Shown one piece after another: positions 1 through 9,264 of a DNA stretch of 32,324 bases (the stretch's first letter is position 1; each line of letters starts with the position of its first letter). A model generated the notes under the pieces. The model ran no database searches. It was not told the DNA's origin and saw nothing but the letters and a program-made list of their open reading frames with translations. The translations under genes and the position numbers were made by a program. Origin of the DNA: Verrucomicrobiales bacterium (GTDB taxonomy: Bacteria; Verrucomicrobiota; Verrucomicrobiia; Verrucomicrobiales; SLCJ01); assembly GCA_046075565.1 (NCBI GenBank), contig JBJTQJ010000018.1:1-32324 (forward strand), in the 5' to 3' direction.

Positions 1-70
1 AACCCAGATGCCGGTTCTCCACCCCGCATTCCTTGATAACGGTGGTCCAGATATGATCAAAGTTGTTCAT
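1..70 (-). CDS. Possible 5' end of a gene running off the window (MNNFDHIWTTVIKECGVENRHLG...)
   Basis: ATG at 70-68 on the minus strand, open to the window edge, preceded by an AT-richer intergenic stretch (71-286); too short to assign a product. Confidence 0.3.
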   Translation of the reverse strand, partial: MNNFDHIWTTVIKECGVENRHLG

Positions 71-286
71 CGGGAAAATTGGCGACTTCTTGACAAAAGC
101 GGGATGCACGTCTGCCGCAGTGAATACGCGCAACCCCCCGGATGAATTTTCGGGAATCATGGTGGCAGGTCGACAAAAAAGCCCCGCTTGGCGTTTAAAT
201 TATTCCGTCAGGGAAAAAACAGCTAAAGGCGGTCGGGTTAAGAGTAAAACCTGTCTGCCGGGCTCACCGACCGTGCGGGTGCGCGG

Positions 287-682
287 TCAGAACGTCCGGC
301 GCAAACTGCCATTGACGTATTCCGCAGTCCGGCCGCTCTTGAGCTCGGCAAATACAGTCCCCTGTTGAACGCGCACACGGATAGCGTTCATACCGTATGT
401 GCGGACCCGTGACCCATTTTTGTATTCGGCGATTCTTCCGTCTTTGGTCACTCCGGCCACGATCACTCCATCCGTGGCCACATCAACCAAATTGCTCCCG
501 TAAGTTCTACGCAGGGAGCCCTTGGCGTATTCCTGGATGCGGCCATCCTTGAGCCTGACGGAGCTAGATCCGGCATCGCTGGCATGGCTACCTGGGCATA
601 CCAAACAAAAAGTTCCGAAGACGAGAAACCAGGCAAGTTGCAATGACCTGGGTTCGATTTTGAATCGTGGCGTGGCGTTCAT
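287..682 (-). CDS. Small secreted hypothetical protein with ~2.5 internal 35-aa repeats
   Basis: N-terminal hydrophobic signal-like segment ending SHA-S; repeats KDGRIQEYAKGSLRRTYG / KDGRIAEYKNGSRVRTYG / KSGRTAEYVNGSLRRTF. Confidence 0.7.
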   Translation of the reverse strand: MNATPRFKIEPRSLQLAWFLVFGTFCLVCPGSHASDAGSSSVRLKDGRIQEYAKGSLRRTYGSNLVDVATDGVIVAGVTKDGRIAEYKNGSRVRTYGMNAIRVRVQQGTVFAELKSGRTAEYVNGSLRRTF

Positions 683-728
683 TTGACCAAACGAGTTGGG
701 ATTGGATGAGGGAGTGGGTTGTTTCGGA

Positions 729-754
729 TGAGGCGGACCCGAAAGTCCGGCCAG
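729..754 (+). repeat. IS3 left terminal inverted repeat
   Basis: Exact reverse complement of 2190-2215. Confidence 0.95.
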
Positions 755-816
755 TGGCTAAGCTATGATTATGGTGGTCGGGTGCGGGTAACAGCCCTAA
801 CCTAAACGACACCAAA

Positions 817-1116
817 AGGAAAGCAAAAAGCAGAAGACACGACCCTGAATTCAAGGCCCGGGTAGCGCTCGAAGCGCTCAAGGGCATCAAGACCATCCAG
901 CAAATCGCCAAGGATTTTGACGTCCACCCGGTGCAAGTTTCCGATTGGAAGAAGGCCATGCTGGAAGGTGCCAGCGGGATATTTGGCCACTCTCGGGAGC
1001 AGGCTGGCTCTGAGGCGGATTTCGAACGCCAACGTGAAGAACTGCACGCCAAAATCGGGCAGTTGGCCGTTGAGGTAGACTTCCTGCGAAAAAAGTCCAG
1101 ACAACTCGGACTGTGA
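817..1116 (+). pseudogene. IS3 transposase OrfA (HTH); start codon apparently mutated (AGG at 817-819)
   Basis: Frame reads (R)KAKSRRHDPEFKARVALEALKGIKTIQQIAKDFDVHPVQVSDWKK...LHAKIGQLAVEVDFLRKK, a typical OrfA; no in-frame ATG/GTG/TTG between the TGA at 766-768 and the GTG at 931. Confidence 0.75.
1089..1095 (+). other. -1 programmed ribosomal frameshift heptamer A_AAA_AAG
   Basis: CGA AAA AAG in the orfA frame; a -1 shift enters the orfB frame with no stop before 1113; canonical IS3 signal. Confidence 0.85.
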
Positions 1117-1994
1117 GGGAGCGCGCCGAGTTGGTCGAAAAAAATCATCCTAAAATCAGCATGAGAAAACAATGTGAACTCCTCGGAGTTGCCCGATTGA
1201 CGGTGGCTTACCAAGCGGTGCCGGAATCTCAGGAAAACCTCGCCATCAAGTGCCATCTTGACCAGATCTACCTGGTGGATCCGTGCCTGGGAAGCCGCCG
1301 ACTGGTAACGGTCCTCCAGCGAGAGCACGGAGTGGTCACCAACCGCAAACGCTTGCAACGCTTGCGGAGGGAAATCGGCCAGGAAGCTATTTGGTGCAAG
1401 CCACGAACAAGCATTCCGGATAATGGCCACCGCAAGTATCCATATCTGCTAAGGGACTTGGTGATCGCCCGACCCAATCAGGTTTGGTGCGCGGACATCA
1501 CCTACGTGCCGATGCCCGGCGGACATGCCTACCTGTGCGCTGTGATGGACTGGCATTCCCGCAAGGTGCTGGGCTGGGCCGTTTCCAACACCATGGAAAC
1601 AGGGCTTTGCCTGGAGGCCCTGGAAAACGCGCTGACTATCACCGGTTGCGTCCCGGAGATATTCAACACCGATCAAGGCTGCCAATTCACCTCGGCGGAG
1701 TGGACCGGCAGGCTATCCGAATTGGGGGTGAAAATCAGCATGGACGGGATCGGCCGCTGGATGGACAACGTGTTCATCGAGCGTTTGTGGAGGAGCGTGA
1801 AATACGAGGAGATCTATCTGTTCGAACACGCAACGATACCTGCGCTTCGAGCAGGACTGAGAAAATGGTTCGGTCGCTACAACGACTGGCGGCCCCACCA
1901 TGCCCTCGGAAACCTTACCCCTGCGGCAGTGTATCAATCAGGCCCCGGAAGCCCTCAGAATGGCCCTGCGGGGACAACCCCGAAAGCTGCGTGA
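1113..1994 (+). CDS. IS3 transposase OrfB (DDE integrase core)
   Basis: PNQVWCADITY, FNTDQGCQFTS and DNVFIERLWRSVKYE motifs; GTGA overlap with the orfA stop. Confidence 0.95.
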   Translation: MRERAELVEKNHPKISMRKQCELLGVARLTVAYQAVPESQENLAIKCHLDQIYLVDPCLGSRRLVTVLQREHGVVTNRKRLQRLRREIGQEAIWCKPRTSIPDNGHRKYPYLLRDLVIARPNQVWCADITYVPMPGGHAYLCAVMDWHSRKVLGWAVSNTMETGLCLEALENALTITGCVPEIFNTDQGCQFTSAEWTGRLSELGVKISMDGIGRWMDNVFIERLWRSVKYEEIYLFEHATIPALRAGLRKWFGRYNDWRPHHALGNLTPAAVYQSGPGSPQNGPAGTTPKAA

Positions 1995-2009
1995 GCCCCC
2001 CCTGCGCGC

Positions 2010-2100
2010 CGAAATTGGGCAGCCTGCGCTCCAGGCTCCGCACTCCACTCCGCTACGCTCCGTTCCGTGCTCCGCCTTCCGCTCCGGCTGCCCAATTTCG
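2010..2100. repeat. 15-bp perfect inverted repeat enclosing degenerate pentamer repeats inside the IS 3' region
   Basis: CGAAATTGGGCAGCC (2010-2024) / GGCTGCCCAATTTCG (2086-2100); loop rich in GCTCC/ACTCC/GTTCC. Confidence 0.85.
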
Positions 2101-2189
2101 AGTCGCCCCCCGAATCACGCTTGACCCCCAACCCCAGATCTCCTACCCTTTGCCGCACCCAGCCGCCTATAGCTTGGTTTAGCCCCGCG

Positions 2190-2215
2190 CTGGCCGGACT
2201 TTCGGGTCCGCCTCA
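2190..2215 (-). repeat. IS3 right terminal inverted repeat
   Basis: CTGGCCGGACTTTCGGGTCCGCCTCA. Confidence 0.95.
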
Positions 2216-2528
2216 GTAGGAAGAACCCGAACTTCCCGGTGGCGGGAATGTGCCAGATGGTCTGGTTTGGTCCGTTCAAATCCCGGCGGATTTCGGTGCC
2301 GTTGGGGATCTTGTCCGGTTGCGCTTCTACATCGGCGCTGTGTTCCACCCGCCACTCGGAAGGGAATGCGTCGGAGTCGCAGGCTTCGCACCGAAGCAGC
2401 GAATCCGTATCCGAGGGCGGCTCAACCGGCTTTTGTCCGCAAATGGGACAACTGAGGCGTCCCTCGGCAAAAGCACGTTTCGTGGTAGCCAGACCGGCTT
2501 TCGCCAGCGTTCTTTCAAACATATTCAT
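2216..2528 (-). pseudogene. 5' fragment of a Zn-ribbon-containing, probably membrane protein truncated by the IS
   Basis: CPICG...CEAC motif pair; reads ...WHIPATGKFGFFLL and then runs directly into the IS right IR at the start of a hydrophobic segment. Confidence 0.7.
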
Positions 2529-2708
2529 TCATCGGCGAAGGTGGAGTCGGTGTCAATTGTCTGGCCAAGAGCAGGACGGATGGCGGGGGGCGCGAAACGA
2601 GCAATGCTCAGACACCCATCTCCGTCCCGAATTTCCTACTTCCAAGCCATGCCAGATTGGTGAATGAATCAATTCCGGCCCGCGTATTGTCCGCACTCCG
2701 CACCCGCC

Positions 2709-3659
2709 ATGAAATCGCCCCATCATTCCGCAATTCTTGCCGCCATCCTCGCCGTGACCCCAGTAGCCGCGGCCTCTGCTAACCCCGAAAATGTCGCCCA
2801 TCTCAAAGGTGAGGAAGGCAAGCCACACCTCGTTTTTATTACCGGGGATGAGGAATACCGCTCGGAGGAAACCATGCCGATGCTGGCCCGCATCCTCCAC
2901 CGCGACCATGGGTTCACCGTGAGCGTCTGCTTCGCTCAAACGGACGGAATCATCGATCCGAACCGGACCGATAACATCGAAGGTCTCGAAATCCTCGGGA
3001 AAGCCGACATGATGATCGTGAACACCCGTTTTCGGAATCTCCCCGACGACCAGTTGAAGCACATCACCAATTTCGCCGAATCCGGCAAACCGATGGCCGG
3101 TTTCCGCACCGCGACCCATGCCTTCCGCTATAAGGATGGCAACAAGATGGACAAGCAATGGCCGCAGCAAGTCTTTGGTCTGCCGTGGATCAGCCATCAC
3201 GGCGGTGGCAATTCCACCGATGTGCTCATCGCCGACGGCCAAAAGGACCATGTCATCTTGCGCGGCGTCCTCCCGTTTCACGCCCGCAGTTGGCTTTACC
3301 ATTCCACCAGCCTCCTTGAATCTGCCACTCCGCTTTTGGTAGGTCGTGCCGTCAAAGGGGCCGAAGCCGGCGGCGAACAGTTTAGTGATCCTCACATCGT
3401 CGCGTGGACACACGAGTATGCTGGCGAAAAAGGGAAGAGCCGCGTTTTTTTCACCACCCTTGGTCATCCCTACGATTTCAAAGAGGAATCGATGCGCAAA
3501 CTCGCCCTCAACGGTATCCTCTGGGCCTTGGGTAAAGAAGACGCCATCCCCGCCAATGGCAGCAAGGCCGACTTCGCCAAGCCATACGAACCCAACGACG
3601 CGGGTTTTGGTGAGAAATACAAACCCGGCCTTAAACCGGCCGCCATGCTCGCCGAGTGA
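2709..3659 (+). CDS. Secreted ThuA-like (class I glutamine amidotransferase-like fold) domain protein
   Basis: Signal peptide MKSPHHSAILAAILAVTPVAAA; HLVFITGDEEYRSEE, GFRTATHAF and RVFFTTLGH motifs typical of PVC ThuA-like proteins; start moved to ATG 2709. Confidence 0.8.
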   Translation: MKSPHHSAILAAILAVTPVAAASANPENVAHLKGEEGKPHLVFITGDEEYRSEETMPMLARILHRDHGFTVSVCFAQTDGIIDPNRTDNIEGLEILGKADMMIVNTRFRNLPDDQLKHITNFAESGKPMAGFRTATHAFRYKDGNKMDKQWPQQVFGLPWISHHGGGNSTDVLIADGQKDHVILRGVLPFHARSWLYHSTSLLESATPLLVGRAVKGAEAGGEQFSDPHIVAWTHEYAGEKGKSRVFFTTLGHPYDFKEESMRKLALNGILWALGKEDAIPANGSKADFAKPYEPNDAGFGEKYKPGLKPAAMLAE

Positions 3660-3709
3660 GCCTCATGGGGAATGCTAGGACACGACTCCTCGAGATCGTC
3701 TCTCTCCGG

Positions 3710-4372
3710 TTAGGGAGTTAAAGCCGCGAAATCCCAATCGCCAAATTCCTCCGGCACTGGCGAAATGGCGGTGATTTCTCCGCCTTCGGGAGCTGGAAAA
3801 ACCAACTGCCGGGCATGTAATAGCAGCCGCGGCTCCGTTGCCGGGCCGGGGCGTCCGTAAAGCGCATCTCCGAGGATCGGGTGACCGAGGTGGCGGAAAT
3901 GCACCCGCAATTGGTGGGTGCGTCCGGTGATCGGCTCCGCCTCGACGAGCGAACAATCATCTTTACTGGCAAGAACGCGGTAAACGGTTAGCGCGATCGG
4001 CCCGGCTCCCGGTTCGACCACGACCATCCGCCCACTGTCCGGCGGAGTCTCGGCTAGATGGGTGAAAATTTCCCCTTCGGCCGTTTCAAGCCGGCCGTGG
4101 AGCACGGCGAGATAGGACTTCCGGACCCGCTTGGTCGCGAAAGCTTTGGTCAGGAAGCGAAGGACGGGTTTTTCCAAGGCGATGAGCAAGCAACCGGAGG
4201 TAGCGGCATCCAGTCGATGCACGGCCACCGGGTTTGTTTCCGGCCATGCCCGAGCCAGAACAGAAATGACATCACTTCCATCAGGGGAGGAGTGGGTCGC
4301 CGGGCCGCTGGGTTTGCCCACCACCGCCCACCCGGAGCCCCGCACGATCACGCTGGGAATGTTCGCGTCCAT
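3710..4372 (-). CDS. RluA-family RNA pseudouridine synthase
   Basis: KPSG, VHRLDAATSG (catalytic Asp), TGRTHQLRVH, HPILGDALYG and LLLHA motifs; start set to ATG 4372. Confidence 0.92.
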   Translation of the reverse strand: MDANIPSVIVRGSGWAVVGKPSGPATHSSPDGSDVISVLARAWPETNPVAVHRLDAATSGCLLIALEKPVLRFLTKAFATKRVRKSYLAVLHGRLETAEGEIFTHLAETPPDSGRMVVVEPGAGPIALTVYRVLASKDDCSLVEAEPITGRTHQLRVHFRHLGHPILGDALYGRPGPATEPRLLLHARQLVFPAPEGGEITAISPVPEEFGDWDFAALTP

Positions 4373-4380
4373 GCGGGCGG

Positions 4381-5670
4381 CTAACTTGAAGGACGCCCCA
4401 ATCGAGGTGTCCAAAACGAGTCGGCCAAGATCGCGTGCAAATCATTCAGTCGCTCGCGATCATTTTTACCCTTGAGGCGATCCAGACGGGGGGCGAGGCC
4501 GAGCGCGGTGCCGAGGGCGAATCGTTTGTCGGCGGTGATTCGGGCAAGCAACCGGGAAAGTTCTTTCCGGGCAGAGGCTTCCTCGCGGGCGCTGTTTCGT
4601 TGTTCACGCAGGGCATCGAGCTTCTCGGGCATGGATGAGGCCATGCCGAGTGGGCCACCGCCTGGCCAGGTATTGACGTGGTGGCGGTTGGGAAAACGCT
4701 CCAACTCCGGCCAGTCGGCGGGTTCCATCGCGCGGATAAACTCATCCAGCGCGGAGGCGTCGCCGACAGCCAGCGAGCGTCCGAGCACTTGGAGAAAGAG
4801 ACTGGTGTCGAAAGCCGAGATATTCTCGAAGGCGGCCTGGATATACAATTTGTAACGGCGTCGCATGTCCGGGTCGTTCCGCATCTCCGGTTCGAATTCG
4901 CGGAGGAAATCCACCTGCTGGCGAAGCAATTCTTTCATCAGCTTCGCGGGCTGGGTATTCATGGTGTTTCCCGTATGGACGCGGTAATTGACGAGCGGTT
5001 CGGAAAGAATCTTCAGCCCGCCGCGCACCGCCGCACCTGTTAGGAAGTAGTAGTCGTGGTTGTAGTGGTAGGGCCGCATCGGATTGGCCGCCAGATAGTC
5101 CGCACGCGCCAGAATATTGCTGGTGGTGGCGGGAAAATTTCCCAAACCAATCCACTCGACCATCTCCAAATCATCCCGGGCTTCCATGGACCAGATTGCC
5201 TGGAACCAACGGGTCCGGGAATGGTCGGCGGCCAGTGGTTCGTCGTTCTCGTCAATAATGTTGAGACCCGAACAAACGACCATGGCCTCCGGGTCGGCCT
5301 CGAGAAGGGGAAGCAGTTTTTCGAATCGGTCCGGCGTATAGTGATCGTCGGAGTTGAGGATGGCGATGAATTCGCAATCCTTGGCCGCCATGGCGACCCC
5401 GCGGTTGATGGTATTGAACGCGTTCTGGTTCTCTTGGACGTGCAACTCGACACGCGGTTCGCCGAGTGCGCGGATTACTTCGACCGAGTTGTCGCGTGAT
5501 CCATCGTCGATCACAATCAGCCGGTCCACCGGACGGGTCTGTTCCAGCACGCTCCGGATGGCGCGGGTGATGTAATGCGCGTGATTGTAACAGGGAATCA
5601 CTACGGCCAAGCGACCCTCTCGCGAAGCGGGGGTGGTCAAGGCATCAAACTCAAGCTGACGGGAACTCAT
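4381..5670 (-). CDS. Glycosyltransferase family 2 with C-terminal extension
   Basis: VVIPCYNH, IDDGSRDNS, ILNSDD (DxD) and LVNYRVH motifs. Confidence 0.9.
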   Translation of the reverse strand: MSSRQLEFDALTTPASREGRLAVVIPCYNHAHYITRAIRSVLEQTRPVDRLIVIDDGSRDNSVEVIRALGEPRVELHVQENQNAFNTINRGVAMAAKDCEFIAILNSDDHYTPDRFEKLLPLLEADPEAMVVCSGLNIIDENDEPLAADHSRTRWFQAIWSMEARDDLEMVEWIGLGNFPATTSNILARADYLAANPMRPYHYNHDYYFLTGAAVRGGLKILSEPLVNYRVHTGNTMNTQPAKLMKELLRQQVDFLREFEPEMRNDPDMRRRYKLYIQAAFENISAFDTSLFLQVLGRSLAVGDASALDEFIRAMEPADWPELERFPNRHHVNTWPGGGPLGMASSMPEKLDALREQRNSAREEASARKELSRLLARITADKRFALGTALGLAPRLDRLKGKNDRERLNDLHAILADSFWTPRLGRPSS

Positions 5671-5685
5671 GATGGTTGGTTGAAA

Positions 5686-6984
5686 TCAGTTAGCACCGAG
5701 CTTCTTCACGCGGATGTTGCGGAATTTCACCGGGTCATCATGTCCGGCGAAGCCGAGGAATCCCGAGGCGCGATCCATGCCTTTGGGAATCTTGCCAATT
5801 TTGGTCCGGTCGATGGTGGCGAGGTCGGTGTCCACGACAACCGTGCCGTTGACTGTCACCTTGACTTTGGATCCTTCGAATTGGACTTCCTGGTGATTCC
5901 ACTCGTCGAGCGGACGCAGGTATCCGGTCCGCGCTGGCACGAGGCCGTAGACCGAACCATGAAATTGGTAGGGCTTGAGATTCGCATACATCTCATGCCG
6001 GTCGTCGAGCACCTGCACTTCGAAGCCATCCCAAGCCGGGTCGCCCGTGGCGGGTGCACGCGCGGCCACGCCATTGTTGCCTCCCGGGGGCAGTAGACAT
6101 TCGAATTGGAAAATGAAATCCTTGTATTCATCTTTGGTCAGCAACGAGCCTCCGCTGCCTTTTTTGCAGGCGACCCAACCTTCGGGAGTGACCTCCCAGC
6201 CCGCGACGTCACCCTGCCAGCCGTCGAGAGACTTGCCATCAAAAAGAGTCACCCAACCTTCGGAGCCCGCGGCCTCATTCAGGATGCGGTTCGATTCAGC
6301 TCCGGCGATTTCGCGCACGTGCACTTCGCGCCAGCGGATCTCGCCGCCATGGGTTTGCAACTGAATCGGCCCCCGTGCGGGCAGCGAACCCTTGCGGTCG
6401 AAATAGTTTTCCATCCGTGCGTTATCGACGACGAGTTTGTCATTCATCCAGACGCTGGTCAATTCTCCAACCAGACGGATGCGCATCTTGTTCCATTCGC
6501 CGAACGGTTTGTCCATGAGGGCCAGCGGATCCTTGCCCGGTGCCTCCGGTGAATTGTTCCACAATCCTCCACTGCCCTTGTCCGCTCCCAACTTGAACTT
6601 TTCCTTCTCCGTCGAATCCCAGATCTGCACCTGCGGGCAGCCGCGCAGATACACGCCGCTGTCGGCTTTGGCGACCGTCTTGTATTCGAGGACGAGTTCA
6701 AAATCTCCGAAGAACTCACGGCTGCTGAGGTAGAGGCCTTGGCCGTCGTTGACGAGTTCCCCATTTTCCACCGTCCAGTGCTTGCGGATATCGGCCATGC
6801 TCTTCTCCATGGTGGAGGCGAGTTCCTCTGTGTTCATGGCGAGAAGTTTGGCTGGGTCATCCGTGCCCCACCCGAACCATCCTTCGAGGTCGCGACCGTT
6901 GAAAAGCGGGCGGAAACCATCCGGGGCGGCGGCGGTGGCTAGGCCGGCGCAAAAGAAAAACGAGAGCACAAATTTTCGCATCAC
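5686..6984 (-). CDS. Secreted protein with two DUF1080 (3-keto-disaccharide hydrolase-like) domains
   Basis: Signal peptide; two copies of LFNGRDLEGW/LFDGKSLDGW, DSGVYLR/NNGVAAR, GEWN/DEWN and GPIQLQTHG/GFLGFAGH. Confidence 0.9.
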   Translation of the reverse strand: MMRKFVLSFFFCAGLATAAAPDGFRPLFNGRDLEGWFGWGTDDPAKLLAMNTEELASTMEKSMADIRKHWTVENGELVNDGQGLYLSSREFFGDFELVLEYKTVAKADSGVYLRGCPQVQIWDSTEKEKFKLGADKGSGGLWNNSPEAPGKDPLALMDKPFGEWNKMRIRLVGELTSVWMNDKLVVDNARMENYFDRKGSLPARGPIQLQTHGGEIRWREVHVREIAGAESNRILNEAAGSEGWVTLFDGKSLDGWQGDVAGWEVTPEGWVACKKGSGGSLLTKDEYKDFIFQFECLLPPGGNNGVAARAPATGDPAWDGFEVQVLDDRHEMYANLKPYQFHGSVYGLVPARTGYLRPLDEWNHQEVQFEGSKVKVTVNGTVVVDTDLATIDRTKIGKIPKGMDRASGFLGFAGHDDPVKFRNIRVKKLGAN

Positions 6985-7150
6985 GCACCATTCCGTTGCC
7001 CCGGCGGACTGTCAAGATGGGATAGGGACTGCAGCCAGGCTGGGAGTTTTCTGAGAATCCCAACCGGTTGGCCCTTCCGACCGCCGAATGCCCGCTTGCG
7101 TTCCCGGGTAAGACAAATATCATCACTCCATTATCGATTTTCCAACTCAG

Positions 7151-8308
7151 ATGTCCGAATCCGTCCAGACCATCGTCAACTGCCGGGCCATTTCTCCCGG
7201 ATTTGACCTCGCCCGTGCCCGTGTGCGCATCGAAGGCAAACACATTGCCGCTATCGCTGAGGGAGAAGTTTTGCCCGCCGAGGGCGAAATCGTTGATGCC
7301 GGAGGCCGCTGGCTCGTGCCTGGATTCATTGATATCCATACGCACGGAGCGAACGGTTTCGACACCTGCGACGGCAGCGGGAAACGCGTCAGCGGCATGG
7401 CCGAGGCGAAACTCCGTGAGGGGATCACCACCTTTCTCCCGACCACTTTAACTCTGGCGGCGGAGCGGTTGGAGGAAGTCATGCGCGGGGTGGCCGAATA
7501 CCAGGCCGACCCGACCCATGCCAAGGCCCCCCTCGTCCATATCGAAGGACCATTCATCAACCCGAAATGTGCAGGGGCACAAAATCCGGCCTTCGTGCGC
7601 AACCCCGATGTGGCCGAAATCGAGAGGCTCAATGCCATTGCTCCGGTGGGTATTGTTTCCCTTGCTGTCGAACAACCCGGCGGGGTCGAGTTTGTCGCCG
7701 CCATGAGGGAGCGCGGCATCACGTGTTCCCTCGCCCACACTGCGGCCACCCATGCCGACTTCGCGGCCGCCAAAGCAGCCGGCTTGAAACACCTCACGCA
7801 TTTCTGCAACCAGATGACCGCGCTGCATCACCGCGAAATCGGGATCGTTGGCGCCGGTCTGATGGATGACGAAATCCTCATCGAGATGATCTGCGATAAG
7901 ATTCATCTCTGCCCCGACATGTTGAAACTGGTCTGGAAACTCAAGCCGGTGGATCAGCTCATGATCATCACTGACTCCATGTCTGCTTCCTGGTTACCCG
8001 ACGGCAGTTACGATCTCGGCGGGCTCAAGGTCATCGTCAAGGAACGCCAGGCTCGGTTGGAGAATGGAGCACTCGCGGGCAGCACCGCGCTTTATTTCGA
8101 GGAATTCCGCAACATCCTCGACATCACTGGCCTGCCGCCTTCCGTGGTCATTCAGGCGACGTCGTGGAATCAAGCCAGCTCGCTCGGACTGGAAGGCGTC
8201 GGCAAAATCGAATCCGGCTTCTTAGCCGACCTCGCCCTGCTCGAACCCGTCACCAGCAAACCGGAAACAGTCTGGGTGGAGGGAGAGAGAAAGTTTGGGA
8301 CTGGGTGA
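7151..8308 (+). CDS. nagA: N-acetylglucosamine-6-phosphate deacetylase
   Basis: PGFIDIHTHG, HIEGPFI, AHT, THFCNQM, ITDSM and LAGS motifs. Confidence 0.93.
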   Translation: MSESVQTIVNCRAISPGFDLARARVRIEGKHIAAIAEGEVLPAEGEIVDAGGRWLVPGFIDIHTHGANGFDTCDGSGKRVSGMAEAKLREGITTFLPTTLTLAAERLEEVMRGVAEYQADPTHAKAPLVHIEGPFINPKCAGAQNPAFVRNPDVAEIERLNAIAPVGIVSLAVEQPGGVEFVAAMRERGITCSLAHTAATHADFAAAKAAGLKHLTHFCNQMTALHHREIGIVGAGLMDDEILIEMICDKIHLCPDMLKLVWKLKPVDQLMIITDSMSASWLPDGSYDLGGLKVIVKERQARLENGALAGSTALYFEEFRNILDITGLPPSVVIQATSWNQASSLGLEGVGKIESGFLADLALLEPVTSKPETVWVEGERKFGTG

Positions 8309-8347
8309 CCCAACACCCAGTCCTCAGATTATGGTCCAAAAAGCGAA

Positions 8348-8737
8348 ATGGAGAGTTCGACCATGAAATCGCGAATTCAGTCGGATTCGAACTCTGTTGC
8401 CCGCGGAGGCGAGTATTCATGGCTGAACGAACTAGAACACTCCAGTGGAATCCGCGGTCTTGTCCTGCGACCTTGGCCGGAGGTTCCGGGTTCCGAAAAG
8501 TTCTACAGTGAAGCTTTCCCCTATGAGGTGAATGTCATTTTCAATTCCGGGGTTATACGGGTGGTTTGCAGGGATGCCAGTGGCAATGTGCAGGATGAAC
8601 GCTGGTCAAGTCTGCGTGAATTGCCCTTTGCGGAAGATGAAATTACTTCGTTGGAAGAATGGAAAGATCGTGCCCGCCAAGCAACCGGTGGTCAGCGGCT
8701 TGGAGACCACCTTAGAAGTCCGAAAGCACAAGAATAG
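8348..8737 (+). CDS. Hypothetical protein (visibly lower GC than neighbours; start may be 8363)
   Basis: 129-aa ORF filling the gap between nagA and the DUF5329 gene; no recognised motif. Confidence 0.5.
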   Translation: MESSTMKSRIQSDSNSVARGGEYSWLNELEHSSGIRGLVLRPWPEVPGSEKFYSEAFPYEVNVIFNSGVIRVVCRDASGNVQDERWSSLRELPFAEDEITSLEEWKDRARQATGGQRLGDHLRSPKAQE

Positions 8738-8827
8738 AGAGTGACGTGCTTCCTTGTTTCACCCCAAGGCTACCAGCATCCGATTTTGTTGCCCGGAGCA
8801 AAGTATGCTACAGCGAAGATGCCTCCG

Positions 8828-9217
8828 CTATTTCGCCTGAGCAGCGGCTTCCAACTTCTTGAGTTCCGCATTGAGGTAGTCGGCGCAAGGAACCTCAGGT
8901 GCGTCCTTGAGGCGGATCAGATAAGGCTTTCCGGTGGTCGAGGAAGCGGTCGCCGCCATGGCGATGAAATCCGCTGCTGTCTTGATGTCTTTTTCATTCG
9001 CTTCCCATTTGCCGCGGAGGAATTTGGCGGCGGTTTTGGAATCATAGTCTGATCCGTTGCGCACGAATTTGGCATCAGCTAATCCCTCTAGATGGGCGAG
9101 CAAAGTTTGAATTTTTGCCTTCTCTTCCGGGGGCAAGGCCTGCGCCTGCAATCGAGGCGAAAACGCGAGCGACAACAGCACCAGCAAGGCAAATTGAAGG
9201 AAGTGGCTTTTGATCAT
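8828..9217 (-). CDS. DUF5329-family secreted protein
   Basis: Signal peptide; FVRNGSDYDSKTAAKFLRGKW and DFIAMAATASSTTGKPYLI motifs. Confidence 0.8.
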   Translation of the reverse strand: MIKSHFLQFALLVLLSLAFSPRLQAQALPPEEKAKIQTLLAHLEGLADAKFVRNGSDYDSKTAAKFLRGKWEANEKDIKTAADFIAMAATASSTTGKPYLIRLKDAPEVPCADYLNAELKKLEAAAQAK

Positions 9218-9264
9218 AGGGGAGTTTTGTTCGTCTGGTGAGAGAAACGAAACGAAAACCCTAT

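Larger units (their letters stand above)
729..2215 (+). mobile_element. IS3-family insertion sequence, 1487 bp
   Basis: Perfect 26-bp terminal inverted repeats TGAGGCGGACCCGAAAGTCCGGCCAG (729-754; reverse complement at 2190-2215) with TG...CA ends; orfA/orfB organisation. Confidence 0.95.

Noticed and set aside
588-1430. 280-aa minus-strand ORF
   Set aside because: Antisense shadow of IS3 orfA/orfB that crosses the IS boundary
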